A stretch of 64,000 bases of DNA from an uncultured Chloroflexia bacterium (GCA_963734535.1 CAVTHS010000007.1:209936-273935); one strand, 5' to 3'. Shown: positions 47,782 to 58,391, counted from the first letter of the stretch. Numbers and translations: made by a program. Notes: a model not told the origin generated them from the letters alone.

Positions 47782-48945
47782 TCAGGCGCCGGCGCTGGCC
47801 GCGCCGACCGGGGCCAGCGGTCGAGACGGCTCCTGCCAGTGGCGGAGGCTACCGCGCGCGAGTGCCTGCTCGAAGTACGACCCGTCGGGCCGGATGCCGT
47901 CCAGGCCGCAGGCCGAGACCAGGCGCTCGAGGAGCGGCGCCAGCTGGGATCCGTAGACGTGCATGCACGGCTCGGGCCGGACGCCGGGCCACGAGTAGCA
48001 GGAGACCACGGTCCGCCGCTCGCTCGTCGGGACGCCCGGCGGCAGCGCATCCCAGGCGGGATCGCCCGGCGCGAACTCCCACTGGTCCAGGTTGCCCTGC
48101 GGGATGCCCTCGATGCCGCGCACGATGGGCGGCACGTTGTCGAGGAGGTACGGGTCCACGGCGAGGTCGCAGATGACGGCGTGCCCGGGCAGGACGCCGA
48201 TCCAGGCGTTCGGCACCACCGGCACGGACGGGTCGCGGCGCGCCGTGGCGTCGACGAGGACGTCCGTGACGGCCAGCCGGCCCTTGAGGTAGCCGGCGTC
48301 GCCGGTCAGATTGCGACCGACGGTGACCACCTCCACGCCCGGCAGCCCGGCCCGGCCGAAGGCGTCGTTGCGGGCATCGTCGCCGTACTTCGTCGCGAAC
48401 TCCACCGCGTGCCGGCCCACCCGCCCGGCGCCCAGGATCGTGACCTTGACCGTGGATCGGTGCGGGTTCAGCAGCGTGGGCCACGTCCGCTCCAGCGCCG
48501 CGAACGCCGAGGCGACGCCGTTCCACGCGACGCTGCGCAGGTTCTCCACCAGCCGCCGACCGTCCTCGTTCCTGATGAGGTCGAGGCTCAGCGCGTCGAT
48601 GCCGAGCTCACGCAGCATCGCCACGCGCGCCGGCCGGGTGGAGAAGTGGAGCATCGACACGAGCACGGCGCCCCGCCGGAGCAGCTCATACCGCCCCTCC
48701 GGCGCCCGCAGCACCACGACGACGTCCTGCCGGTAGCAGTGCTCCTCGTCCGTGATGTGCACGTGGGGCGAGACCGTGCTGTAGTCCGTGTCGCTGTAGC
48801 CCATCCCGGAGCCGGTCCCGGTCTCGACGTAGACCTCCGCGCCGTTCGATGCAAGCAGCCCGATCAGCGGCGGCAGGAAGTCGCGCCGCTCGCTGGCCTC
48901 CCGGTGCATCCGCGGGAACCCGACCGTGATGTGTCCGGCAAGCAT
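47782..48945 (-). CDS. Alanine dehydrogenase/PNT-superfamily protein, paralog 1
   Basis: GFPRMHREASERRDFLP, VETGTGSGMG, SMLHF, ILGAGRVG, CDLAVDPY, SCYSWPG. Confidence 0.8.
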   Translation of the reverse strand: MLAGHITVGFPRMHREASERRDFLPPLIGLLASNGAEVYVETGTGSGMGYSDTDYSTVSPHVHITDEEHCYRQDVVVVLRAPEGRYELLRRGAVLVSMLHFSTRPARVAMLRELGIDALSLDLIRNEDGRRLVENLRSVAWNGVASAFAALERTWPTLLNPHRSTVKVTILGAGRVGRHAVEFATKYGDDARNDAFGRAGLPGVEVVTVGRNLTGDAGYLKGRLAVTDVLVDATARRDPSVPVVPNAWIGVLPGHAVICDLAVDPYLLDNVPPIVRGIEGIPQGNLDQWEFAPGDPAWDALPPGVPTSERRTVVSCYSWPGVRPEPCMHVYGSQLAPLLERLVSACGLDGIRPDGSYFEQALARGSLRHWQEPSRPLAPVGAASAGA

Positions 48946-49261
48946 CCGAATCCTCCCGCCCGACGAGGGCGACTCAACGCCGTCCTGGTGAGGATTGGGG
49001 CGGTCGCCACGAAGCCTCGGACCGCGGCCGGGCGCGAGCAACTGCTGGCGAGCACGACCGGGCGGTCCACTTGGCCCCAACGAACGGCGACACGAGGACC
49101 TCGCCGGCGTCCGCAGCGCCGGGCTGAGAGGCGGACGGCACACCGGGTAGCGGTCCTTCGGGCCTTGACGAACCCGAGGCGGCAGCCGACTGTCGGTCCG
49201 TCGCCGCGTCGACGACCTCGCGGGCGCGAGGTTCCCAGGAACCGGATCCCAGAGGCAGGAC

Positions 49262-50398
49262 ATGTCCAGCGACCGCGGGCTCACGATCGGCTTCCCCCGC
49301 ATGTACAACGAGCCCGGCGAGCGGCGAGCCTTCCTGCCGCCCCTCATGGGTCTGCTGGCGAGCATGGACGTCGACGTCCACGTCGAGGCAGGGAGCGGGG
49401 CCGGCATGGGCATCTCCGATGACGACTACCTGGCCGCGTCGCCGCGCGTGCGCATCGTCGACGAAGCCACGGCATACCGCCAGGACATCGTGGTGGTGCT
49501 GCGGGCGCCCGAAGGCCGCTACGAGATGCTGCGACCCGGCGCGATCCTGCTCTCGATGCTCCACTTCACCACCCGGCCGGAACGCGTCGAGATGCTGCGC
49601 CGCCTGGGCATCGAAGCCGTCGCGATCGACATGGTCACCGGCGACGACGGACGTCGCCTGGTCCAGAACCTGCGGGACGTCGCCCGCAACGGGCTGGCCG
49701 CGGCCTTCGACGCGCTCGAGCGGCGCTGGCCACCGCTGCTCTCGCCCATGCGCCCGCCGATCAGCGTCACGATCCTTGGCGCCGGCGGCGTCGGCAAGCA
49801 CGCCATCGAGTGGGCCGCCAAGTGCGGCGACGAGGCGCGCAACGACCGATTCGTCCGCGACGGCCTGGCCGGGGTCGAGGTGGTGGTGGTCGAGCAGAAC
49901 CTGTCGGGCGACGAGGCCTACTTCCGGCGGCGCCTGGCCCAGACTGACATCCTCGTCGATGCCACCGCGCGACGCGACACGTCGCGTCCCCTCTTCCCCA
50001 ATGCCTGGCTTGGCATGTTGCCGGCCCACGCGATCGTCTGCGACCTGGCGGTCGATCCGTACCTGCTCGACGACGACCCGCCAGTCGTTCGCGGGATCGA
50101 AGGCATCCCCCAGGGCAACCTGGACCAGTGGGAGTTCGGCCCCCAGGACCCGGCCTGGGACCGCCTGCCGCCGGGGATCCCGACCGCACAGCGACGAACC
50201 GTCGTCTCCTGCTACTCGTGGCCGGGCGTCCAGCCCGAGGCCTGCATGCAGGCCTACGGCGCGCAGGTGACACCGCTCCTCAAGACGCTCATCTGGTACG
50301 GAGGGCTGCCGGCGATCGGACCGAACGGCTCATTCCACGGGCGGGCACTCTGGCGCGGCAGCCTGCGTCACTGGCTGGGCGAGGACCCGATCGCCTGA
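49262..50398 (+). CDS. Alanine dehydrogenase/PNT-superfamily protein, paralog 2
   Basis: GFPRMYNEPGERRAFLP, VEAGSGAGMG, SMLHF, ILGAGGVG, CDLAVDPY, SCYSWPG. Confidence 0.8.
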   Translation: MSSDRGLTIGFPRMYNEPGERRAFLPPLMGLLASMDVDVHVEAGSGAGMGISDDDYLAASPRVRIVDEATAYRQDIVVVLRAPEGRYEMLRPGAILLSMLHFTTRPERVEMLRRLGIEAVAIDMVTGDDGRRLVQNLRDVARNGLAAAFDALERRWPPLLSPMRPPISVTILGAGGVGKHAIEWAAKCGDEARNDRFVRDGLAGVEVVVVEQNLSGDEAYFRRRLAQTDILVDATARRDTSRPLFPNAWLGMLPAHAIVCDLAVDPYLLDDDPPVVRGIEGIPQGNLDQWEFGPQDPAWDRLPPGIPTAQRRTVVSCYSWPGVQPEACMQAYGAQVTPLLKTLIWYGGLPAIGPNGSFHGRALWRGSLRHWLGEDPIA

Positions 50399-50574
50399 CC
50401 TCGGCCGCTTCCGCGCGCGGGCGGAGGACCGGCTGCCCTTCTCTGGCGCTGGCGCCCGCGCGCCCGACTGGCCATCTCCCCCGAACGACGCGTCGATCGC
50501 CTGGTTCCCGACGGTCGTCGCCTGCGCAGGTATCGCGCGAGATCACGCCCTGCCAGACGGCACCCCGAGGTCGT

Positions 50575-51750
50575 TCAGGCGGTGACCATCGGGCGCCGCT
50601 CCCGTGCCAGCCGTTCGAGCAGGCCGATCGCCACGCCGGGGGAGGGGAGGGCGGCGATCTCGTCGGCGAGGCGGCCGGCGGCCTCGCGGTAGGTGGCATC
50701 GGCAAGCACCGAGGATGCCGCTTCGCGCACCTCGTGGGGCGTGGCCTCGATCGCATCCAGGGAGCGACCCACCCCGAGGGCGCGGATCCGCTCCGCGTTG
50801 AGCGGCTGGTCGGCGCCGATCGGGAGGACGACCATCGGCCGGCCATGGGCGAGCGCGCCAAGGACGCTGCCGGAGCCACCGTGCGACACGACGAGATCCA
50901 CGTGGGGCAGGATCTCGGCCTGGGAGACGAACCGCTCGATGCGCACGTGGGCAGGCTGAGGGCCGAGCGTCGCCGGGTCGATCTCGCGGCCGACCGTCAC
51001 GAGCAGGTTGATCGGGAGCTCGCGGAGCCCGGCCATCACCCGCCCGAACAGGTCGCCCAATTCGTGGTTGAAGACCGTTCCGAGAGTGAAATAGACCGAC
51101 GGCGCGCCCTCGATCGCGGTGGTCCAGTCCGGCATCGAGCCGACGGCGCGAGCGCTTCGATCGACATCGACGATCCGGATCCCGCGCGACGTGGGCGGGG
51201 CGGCGTTTCGCGGATCGCGCAGGCTCTCGGGAAACGGCGTGAGCACCAGGTAGCGGCTCATCATCTCGCCGGACGGATCCGGCTCCAGGCCATGCTCCTC
51301 GCGGACCGGGTTGTAGCCTAGCCTTGCGAACGGCGCGGCCATCATCCCGAACGCGAGCACGGGGACGGCGGCGTGCGGGATGCCAAGGCGCTCGGCGATG
51401 ATCGCGGCCGCCGGGTCGGTCTCCTCCCAGACGACCACGTCGGGCCGCCAGCTCTCGAACGTCGACAGGAGGTCGGGCGCCCGCGAACGAGCCACGACCT
51501 GCCCGAAGCCGATCATCAGGTCGCGTCCCTCACGCTCCATGTCGATCGGCACGAGCGGCCGGGTCACGGGCTCGAGGCCCTCGTCCGTGCCACCCGGGAA
51601 GCACACGAATCCGAGTGCCTCGACCCTGGGGACCATCCACGGCCGCCCGGCGAATGCCACGCTGTGGCCTGCCGCAGCGGCTGCCCGGGCGATCGGCACG
51701 AGCGGGTCCAGGTGACCCTGGCCCCCGGCGAACGTGAAGATGACGCGCAT
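50575..51750 (-). CDS. GT1 glycosyltransferase (MGT/EryCIII-like)
   Basis: GQGHLDPLVPIA, YFTLGT, VSHGGSGS, PIGADQPLNA. Confidence 0.9.
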   Translation of the reverse strand: MRVIFTFAGGQGHLDPLVPIARAAAAAGHSVAFAGRPWMVPRVEALGFVCFPGGTDEGLEPVTRPLVPIDMEREGRDLMIGFGQVVARSRAPDLLSTFESWRPDVVVWEETDPAAAIIAERLGIPHAAVPVLAFGMMAAPFARLGYNPVREEHGLEPDPSGEMMSRYLVLTPFPESLRDPRNAAPPTSRGIRIVDVDRSARAVGSMPDWTTAIEGAPSVYFTLGTVFNHELGDLFGRVMAGLRELPINLLVTVGREIDPATLGPQPAHVRIERFVSQAEILPHVDLVVSHGGSGSVLGALAHGRPMVVLPIGADQPLNAERIRALGVGRSLDAIEATPHEVREAASSVLADATYREAAGRLADEIAALPSPGVAIGLLERLARERRPMVTA

Positions 51751-52021
51751 CGGCCCCGGCCGCCTCCGCTACCCGGCGCTGCCGGGGCTCGGCCCGAAGC
51801 CGGGCGCGCGCCTGTCGACGCCTCGCGCCCCGGGCACGATCTTCTGTTGCAGGGCCGAGTCCATCGGCACGCTCCTCGAGCCAGCCCGTGTGTACGGGGC
51901 AGGAACGCCACCCATTCTGCCCCTCGAGCGGCTCGAGATCCGGGACGATCGTCGGTTCGGGCCGGCCGGCCTTGCCTCACGGGTGTAGAACGGGCCAACG
52001 GAACTCGCAGGCGGAGGTTCA

Positions 52022-52594
52022 ATGGCGCGCTTGCAGCTCGCTCTCGTGGCCGTCGCCGGTGTCGTCGCGGCTTGTGCGAGCCCAACCTCACCGAGCCCGA
52101 CTGCTGGCGTCGCGGTCTCATCGGCCCCCACCGCAGGGGCATCACAAGGCCCATCGGGGTCGCCGGTGGCGGTCGAGGGCGGCTGCGGTGCAACCCAGGT
52201 CCTCGCAGGGCCCGGCCCCGACGCGCGACTGGGTCTGGCGGACAACCCGTGGGCGTGGGCGACGCCTGCCGATTCCGGGATCGTCGCCTACTTCTGGTAT
52301 CCACCGCCGGGCGTCCTCTCGGCGCTGCGCGATCCGAACGACCCCAACACCGGCAACACCAAGATCCTGTGGATCACGCACGGAGCGGGCACCGGCCAGC
52401 TCACCGTCGCGGCGCGCCCGTCCGACGCGTCTTCGCCGGTCGTCCGGTTCACCTTCCCGCCGGCGGCGTCGCCGGCAGACAACTACCCGTCGTCGATCGG
52501 CCTGCCAAGCCCCGGCTGCTGGCATCTCGACCTCACGCTTGGGACGGTTCGGGCCGCGATGGACCTCACCGTTGCGACCGCCCCGCCGAAGTAG
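52022..52594 (+). CDS. Hypothetical lipoprotein
   Basis: GGAGG RBS; lipobox VAAC; NTKILW, YPSSIGLPSPGCWHLDL. Confidence 0.7.
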   Translation: MARLQLALVAVAGVVAACASPTSPSPTAGVAVSSAPTAGASQGPSGSPVAVEGGCGATQVLAGPGPDARLGLADNPWAWATPADSGIVAYFWYPPPGVLSALRDPNDPNTGNTKILWITHGAGTGQLTVAARPSDASSPVVRFTFPPAASPADNYPSSIGLPSPGCWHLDLTLGTVRAAMDLTVATAPPK

Positions 52595-52619
52595 CGGACA
52601 CGGCCAGGGACGATCGGGC

Positions 52620-52727
52620 TCGGATGTGGTCGTCCCGGACCTCGTCGTGCGCCGGGACCGACGCCTCGACCTCCGTGATCCGCAGGACCTCCGGGGGACC
52701 GTGGCGTTCGCAGACCGCTGCCTTCAT
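52620..52727 (-). pseudogene. Truncated N-terminus of an MDR alcohol dehydrogenase/quinone reductase
   Basis: MKAAVCERHGPPEVLRITEVEASVPAHDEV, then similarity is lost. Confidence 0.6.
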
Positions 52728-52732
52728 GCAGG

Positions 52733-53458
52733 TCACCTCGCGGCCGCGAGCGCGCCGGCCGTCCGGCCGGCTGCGACGCCGGCCGCGGGCGCGGCGGCGC
52801 GGACCGGGCTGAACCCCCGGGCGATCAGCCAGACCGCCAGGACCATCTCCTGCAGGAAGATCGGGATCGCCATGGGCACGTAGTCCGTCACGGGGCGACC
52901 GGCGAACAGCGCCAGCACGCTCGCGGCGGCCATCAGGCCGATCGCCGCGATCCCCCAGCCGGAGAGCCAGCGGGGGATGAGCCGGGACCGGAAGAAGGCC
53001 GCGTAGTACAGGAAGGCGCCGACGCAGAAGGCGAACACCCCGGCCAGGGCGGCGTGCTCGCGCAGGCCCAGGAGCAGGCTGCCGATGGCGCCGAGCGCGG
53101 TCCGGTCGGCGGCGCCTGCCGCGACGGATGCCTGGCCCAGCGTCGACAGGGACAGCAGGCTCACGATGGCGACCATGTACATGACCGCCTCCAACGTCCG
53201 GAAGACGACGGATCCGAGCGCAAGACCCGTGTCCGTCCTCTTCAGGACGGGGTACATCGCGATGGCGATCCCGGCGCACGCAAACGCCGCGACGAGCAGG
53301 AGCAGCGAGCCGGCCGCCACCCGGTCCGGTTCCGCGGACAGCCTGCTGAGGTAGTCCGCACCGGTCAGGCCTGGCCGGACCGCCGCGCCGAGCAGGTTCG
53401 CCACGGTCGCGATGATGAACAGCACGCCTGTGAGCCGCGCGGCCCTGAGGTCGCTCAT
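52733..53458 (-). CDS. DUF4386 family membrane protein
   Basis: AARLTGVLFIIAT, MYPVLK, FRTLEA, RSRLIPRWLSGWG, EMVLAVWLIARGF. Confidence 0.85.
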   Translation of the reverse strand: MSDLRAARLTGVLFIIATVANLLGAAVRPGLTGADYLSRLSAEPDRVAAGSLLLLVAAFACAGIAIAMYPVLKRTDTGLALGSVVFRTLEAVMYMVAIVSLLSLSTLGQASVAAGAADRTALGAIGSLLLGLREHAALAGVFAFCVGAFLYYAAFFRSRLIPRWLSGWGIAAIGLMAAASVLALFAGRPVTDYVPMAIPIFLQEMVLAVWLIARGFSPVRAAAPAAGVAAGRTAGALAAAR

Positions 53459-53605
53459 CTCTTCCTCCTTCGATCACGCGGGCCCCGTGCCCGCGTCGTC
53501 ATGCCCCCCAGCCTGCGGCGCGGCGGGCACGACGGCATCGATGGGTTTCGTGATTCGGTCATGAGCGAACCGGCCACGGGCCGCCGGAGTACCGTGCTGT
53601 GCACC

Positions 53606-55904
53606 ATGGCCAGGCCAACCCGTCGCCGAGGCAACCTGCCCGCCGAGGCGACCAGCTTCGTCGGCCGCCGCCGCGAGCTCGCGGAGCTGCGGAAGAAGCT
53701 CGGCACGGTTCGCCTGGTCACGCTCGTCGGCCCGGGCGGCGTCGGCAAGACCCGCCTCGCGATCCGGATCGGGACCGATCTCGCCCGCGCCTTCCCGGAC
53801 GGCGCATGGCTGGTCGAGCTGGCCGATGTCCGGGACCCCGACCTGGTGGGGAACGCGGTCCTCGCGGCCCTGGACCTGCGCGACCAGGCCGCGACCGAGC
53901 CGCGGGCTCTCCTGCTCTCCCACCTGCGGGACCGGAAGCTGCTGCTCCTGGTGGACAACTGCGAGCACCTGCTCGAGGCTGCCGCGCTGCTCGTGGCCGA
54001 CGTCCTCGGGGCTGCACCGGGCGTGCGGGTGGTCGCCACGAGCCGGGAGCCGCTGTCGGTCGCGGGCGAGCACGTCATCCCGATCACACCGCTGGAGCTG
54101 CCCCGCGCGCAGGGCGACGAGACCCTCGACCAGCTCCGCCTCAACGAGTCGGTCCAGCTCTTCACCGAGCGGGCGGCGGCGGCCTCCGGCCGGTTCGAGC
54201 TCACCACCTCCAACCGGATGGCGGTCGTGGACGTCTGCCGGCGGCTCGACGGCCTGCCGCTCGCGATCGAGCTCGCGGCGGTCAGGACGCGGGTCCTGTC
54301 CGTGGAGCAGATCGACGATCGCCTGTCGGACCGGTTCGGCCTGCTCACGGGGGGCAGTCGCGCGGCCCTGCCGCGCCACCAGACCCTGCGGACGGCCATC
54401 GAGTGGAGCCACGACCTGCTGAAGCGCGGAGGAGCGGGCGCTCTTCCGGCGCCTGTCCGCCTTCGCCGGTCGGTTCACCCTCGACGACGTCGGATCGGTG
54501 TGCGCGTTCGACGACGTGCCGCCGGCGATCGTCCTGGACGTGCTTTCATCGCTGGTCGACAAGTCGCTGGTGCTGAAGGACGACGTCCAGGGCATCGCGT
54601 GCTATCGGTTGCACGAGTCGATGCGCGAGTTCGCCGGCCTCAGGACGCGAGAGGCGGGCGAGGAGGAAGCCGTCGAGCTCCACTGCATCGACCACTACGT
54701 CTCGGAAGGTCGAAGGAACGCGGAGCAGGCCCGGTACCGGCTCGTCGCGTGGCTCGGATGGATGGACGTGGAGATCGACAACGTCCGCTGGGTCCTGCGG
54801 CGATGCGCGCAGCGCGGGGACGTCGCGCGCGGGACCGCTCTCGCCGTCGACGTCGGCTGGTACTGGATCACGCGGGCGACCACGGAAGGCGTGCGTTGGC
54901 TGGACGAGCTCCTCGCGATGGGGCCGGGCGACCCCGCGTCGCACGCCGGCGGCCTCTTCATGCGCGGGTTCCTCGCCCTGTTGCAGGTCGACCCGGTCGC
55001 GGCCCGGCCGCTCCTCGAGCGAGCTGCCGAGGCGCAACGGGAGGCCGGTCGTCGCCGCCCCCTGGTGAATGCACTGGCGATGGCCTCGATCGCGGCCGAC
55101 ATGACGGGCGACCGAGCGTCCGCGCGGAGGATGCGCGACGACGCGCAGGACGTGGCGGCGGGCTTCGAGGATGTCGAGGCCCGCGGCTCGGTGCTCCAGG
55201 CGCGGGCCTTCGAAGGGTTCCTCGGGGGCGACCTGGGGGCGGTCGCATCGGCCTCTTCGGAAGGCGCACGTCTCAGCCGGGAGTCGGGCGACCTGTACAC
55301 GCTCGACGTCTGGCTCATGAACCTGGGCATCGCCGCGTTGATGGCGGGCAGGCCCGACGAGGCAAAGCCGCTGTTCGCGGAGGCGCTGCCGATCGCGCGC
55401 CTGATCGACGACCGGGTGTCGCAGTTCCACCTGCTCGACGCATCGGCATGCCTGGCGGTGGGGTCCGGGCAGGCGCGCCTCGCGGCACAGCTCCTCGGGG
55501 CAGGTGCCACCGTCGGCGCCGGTGCCGGCGCGCGCGTCATGCCGTTCCTGGCGCCGTTCGTGGAGCAGGCGGAGTCGTCCGCGATGGCGACGCTGGGGCG
55601 ATCCCGGTTCGACGCCGCCTTCCTTGCCGGGAGTCGCCTGGACCGGCACGCCGCCGTGCGCCTCGCGCTCGGCGGATCCAGCGAGGCCGTCGTCGAGGCC
55701 GCCGAACACGCCGACGCCGGGCTGCTCTCGAAACGCGAGGCGGAGGTGGCCCGGCTCATCGCCGACGGGCTGACCAACAAGGAGATCGGGACGCGCCTGT
55801 TCATCTCCGAGCACACGGTCGACAGCCACGTCCGCGCCATCCTGAACAAGCTGGGGTTCGACTCGCGCGCGCGGATCGCCGCCTGGATGGCGGCGAACAC
55901 CTAG
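53606..55904 (+). pseudogene. STAND-type ATPase-TPR-LuxR regulator with +1 frameshift at ~54422 (possible sequencing error)
   Basis: GNLPAEATSFVGR, GPGGVGKT, DNCEHL, LDGLPLAIELAA, WSHDLL then shifted AEERALFRRLSAFAGRF; C-terminal LSKREAEVA...LTNKEIG. Confidence 0.85.
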
Positions 55905-56083
55905 CGGGGCCGTCGGCGAGCGGCCGGGGTGCGCCCCGCGGCGGCGACCGCCGCGCGACCAGGCGCGGGCCGTGCGCGACATTCCCGCTTCACTGCGGGC
56001 CCGAAGGCCACGCCGGGCGACTCGCTACCCGATCACGAATCCCATCGATGGCGGAGCCGCCGGGTACGCCCATGCTGATGGGC

Positions 56084-56347
56084 ATGGATGAGGAGCTGCG
56101 GATGCATCGGGTCGAGGTCGGCTTCGTGGGGACCCCTCCGACCCGGCAGGTCGAGCGGGCGTCGGGGGTCAGCGACGTGGCCGTCGAGGGCTCGATCCTG
56201 CGCTGCATCGTGTGCGGCAGCTTCCAGCCATTCCTCGAGGCGTTGCGCGGTCACGAGGTCGTCAGCCTCACCTCGATGTCGACCCAGCCACCAGGCCATC
56301 GACCCCCACCGCCGGCGACTCGGTCGGGCGGTCGCGACGGTATCTGA
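56084..56347 (+). CDS. Small hypothetical protein resembling an ABC ATPase C-terminal domain
   Basis: HRVEVGF...GVSDVAVEGSILRCIVCGSFQPFLEALRGHEVVSLTS. Confidence 0.5.
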   Translation: MDEELRMHRVEVGFVGTPPTRQVERASGVSDVAVEGSILRCIVCGSFQPFLEALRGHEVVSLTSMSTQPPGHRPPPPATRSGGRDGI

Positions 56348-56628
56348 GCCCGGGTGCGGTGCTCACCCGGAGCGCGAGCGACCCGACCGGGTCGTGGCCA
56401 GGATCACCTGGACGGCGGTCTCGCCTCCCGCGACAACACGTTGACGCGCTGCCGCTTCTCCTGGCGCGCACGCATACTCCGCCGATCCGGAAGGTGGCAG
56501 CGGACCGAGAGGTCCGACCAGTGCGGCGTCCCCATACGGTCGCCTCGACCGTCGCGCTGGGCGAATGGCGAGACCGAGCCGTCCGGTTGGGGCGCTGCCG
56601 CGCCCAGAAGGGTCACGGGGGCTCTGAG

Positions 56629-57021
56629 ATGTCAACCGAGCAGAACAAGGCGGTCGTCCGTCGGTTCATGAAGGAGACGCTGGCTGGTGGCAACGTCGAT
56701 GTGATCGACGAGCTGCTGGCCCCGAACTACGTGAACCGTGCGATGGCGGGCATGGACCTCGCGGGCTTCAAAGGGGCGTTGGCTGGGATGGCCGCGGCCA
56801 TCGCCCGTCGTGAGTTCGAGATCGAGGACCTGGTCGCCGAAGGGGATGCCGTCGTCGCACGCTTCACCTGGGCGTACACATTCCCCAGTGGCGAGAAGGT
56901 CGCGGGTCGGGGTCTCACCTACTACGGGCTGGCCAACGGCAAGATCACAGAAGACGACCCGATCACCACGCCGGACCTGATGCAGACGCTTGGCCCCCTG
57001 CTAGCGCCTCACAACGCCTGA
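56629..57021 (+). CDS. SnoaL-like ester cyclase
   Basis: MSTEQNKAVVRRF...VIDELLAPNYV...IEDLVAEGDAVVARFT. Confidence 0.88.
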   Translation: MSTEQNKAVVRRFMKETLAGGNVDVIDELLAPNYVNRAMAGMDLAGFKGALAGMAAAIARREFEIEDLVAEGDAVVARFTWAYTFPSGEKVAGRGLTYYGLANGKITEDDPITTPDLMQTLGPLLAPHNA

Positions 57022-57096
57022 GGCGTCCTGTTCGCCGTCATCCGCCAGCCGCTGGCGATGGTCGCAGGACGGCTGAGACCTTCAGAACCGAGGGAT

Positions 57097-57172
57097 TGGA
57101 GCGGGAGACGGGATTCGAACCCGCGACATTCTGCTTGGGAAGCAGACACTCTGCCAGCTGAGTTACTCCCGC
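57097..57172 (-). tRNA. tRNA-Gly (anticodon CCC), CCA encoded
   Basis: GCGGGAGTAACTCAGCTGGCAGAGTGTCTGCTTCCCAAGCAGAATGTCGCGGGTTCGAATCCCGTCTCCCGCTCCA; 76-nt cloverleaf. Confidence 0.97.
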
Positions 57173-57185
57173 TCGGGAGGATCCG

Positions 57186-57214
57186 ATTGTAGCGGAGCGC
57201 CGCTCCGGCGCCAA
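57186..57214 (-). promoter_or_regulatory. tRNA promoter
   Basis: TTGGCG, 17 bp, TACAAT on the minus strand just upstream of the tRNA. Confidence 0.6.
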
Positions 57215-57466
57215 GGAGCGAGACAGGCACTTCCATGATCGCTTGGCGAGCACCCTGACGCAATCGCCTCGACCTCAAGATGGCCGCGGCTGGCTCTCCA
57301 ACGCGATGCTCGAACAATATCCCCGCTGGGATCGGAAACCCCGTGCACGCGCGCCTGTGACCGTCTCGGCGGCCACCGGCGTTCCCGCCCCGGGAGCGCC
57401 AGCCTGAGCCGGGCACGTCCGAGCCGACCGGGAACCGGCGCCCTGCCGCGCCGCGATCGAGGCGGC

Positions 57467-58309
57467 CTGGCGGACGGCGTCACCCGGACGGCTCCGCCCC
57501 CCACGACTCCGGGGCGCGGACCGAGTGTCACCAGCAGGATCTTCGCGATTCTCGGCGCCTTCGAGCCCGGCGAGGCGCGTCTGACCCTGACCCAGATCAG
57601 TCGCCGGACCGGCCTGCCGATCGCGACGACCCACCGCCTGGCGACCGAGCTGGCCCGGTTCGGCGGTCTGGAGCGGGAGAAGGGCGGCACGTTCCGTGTC
57701 GGCGTCCGTCTTTGGGAGATCGGATCACTGGCGCCGATCCGGGGTGGTCTCCGCGAGATGGCCATGCCGTTCATGGAGGACCTGTACGAGGCGACCCACG
57801 GCAACATCCAGCTCGCGGTCCGGGATGGCGATGACGCCCTCATCCTCGAGAAGATCAGCGGCCGTGATTCCGTCGTGATCGTCACCCGCGTCGGCGGCCG
57901 GCTGCCGCTGTATGCGACCGGCGTGGGCAAGGTGCTCCTCGCCCACGCGCCCGGCGACGTCCTGGAACGCGTCATCGCCCAGGGCCTGGCTCCCCTGACG
58001 CCGCGGACGATCGTGGTGCCGGATGAGCTCCGGGCGTGCCTGGACGAGGTACGCCAGTCCGGGTTCGCCTGGACGCGCGATGAGATGACCGTGGGTGCCT
58101 CGTCCGTCGGCGCGCCGGTGTTCGGACCACGCGACGCGATCGTCGCGGCGCTCTCCATCGTCGTGGATACCCGGACGAGCGACCCTGGCCGCCTTGCGCC
58201 GCCGGTGCGGACCGCCGCCCGCGGGTTGTCCCGCCAGGTGACCGACTGGTGGGACCGCATCGTCCCGACGGCCGCCGACCTCGTGGCGATCCCGCTCGCC
58301 GCCGGCTGA
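57467..58309 (+). CDS. IclR family transcriptional regulator (apparent CTG start)
   Basis: HTH SVTSRIFAILGAF...TGLPIATTHRL is in frame upstream of track ORF 57758; LPLYATGVGKVLLA. Confidence 0.85.
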   Translation: MADGVTRTAPPPTTPGRGPSVTSRIFAILGAFEPGEARLTLTQISRRTGLPIATTHRLATELARFGGLEREKGGTFRVGVRLWEIGSLAPIRGGLREMAMPFMEDLYEATHGNIQLAVRDGDDALILEKISGRDSVVIVTRVGGRLPLYATGVGKVLLAHAPGDVLERVIAQGLAPLTPRTIVVPDELRACLDEVRQSGFAWTRDEMTVGASSVGAPVFGPRDAIVAALSIVVDTRTSDPGRLAPPVRTAARGLSRQVTDWWDRIVPTAADLVAIPLAAG

Positions 58310-58376
58310 CGCGGCCCGCCCCCGGACGGTGGAGCCGGCGAGGGCAGACCCGCCTCGCGCAACGATCCCCCGCCGC

Positions 58377-58391
58377 TTCCACTGAACGGAA
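58377..58391. promoter_or_regulatory. IclR-type palindromic operator upstream of the ABC/pcaH operon
   Basis: TTCC-ACTGAAC-GGAA, 15 bp. Confidence 0.55.

Noticed and set aside
48946-49261. TPP riboswitch suggested by GCTGAGAG between the AlaDH-like paralogs
   Set aside because: The downstream CCTGA...TAATGCC...GGGA consensus is absent.
53054-56347. 1097-aa ORF as one giant protein
   Set aside because: It joins the N-half of the ATPase-LuxR gene, an out-of-frame Arg/Gly-rich stretch after the 54422 shift, and a small downstream gene.
57097-57172. Intact prophage or ICE at tRNA-Gly
   Set aside because: No integrase, phage or conjugation genes and no att repeat seen.
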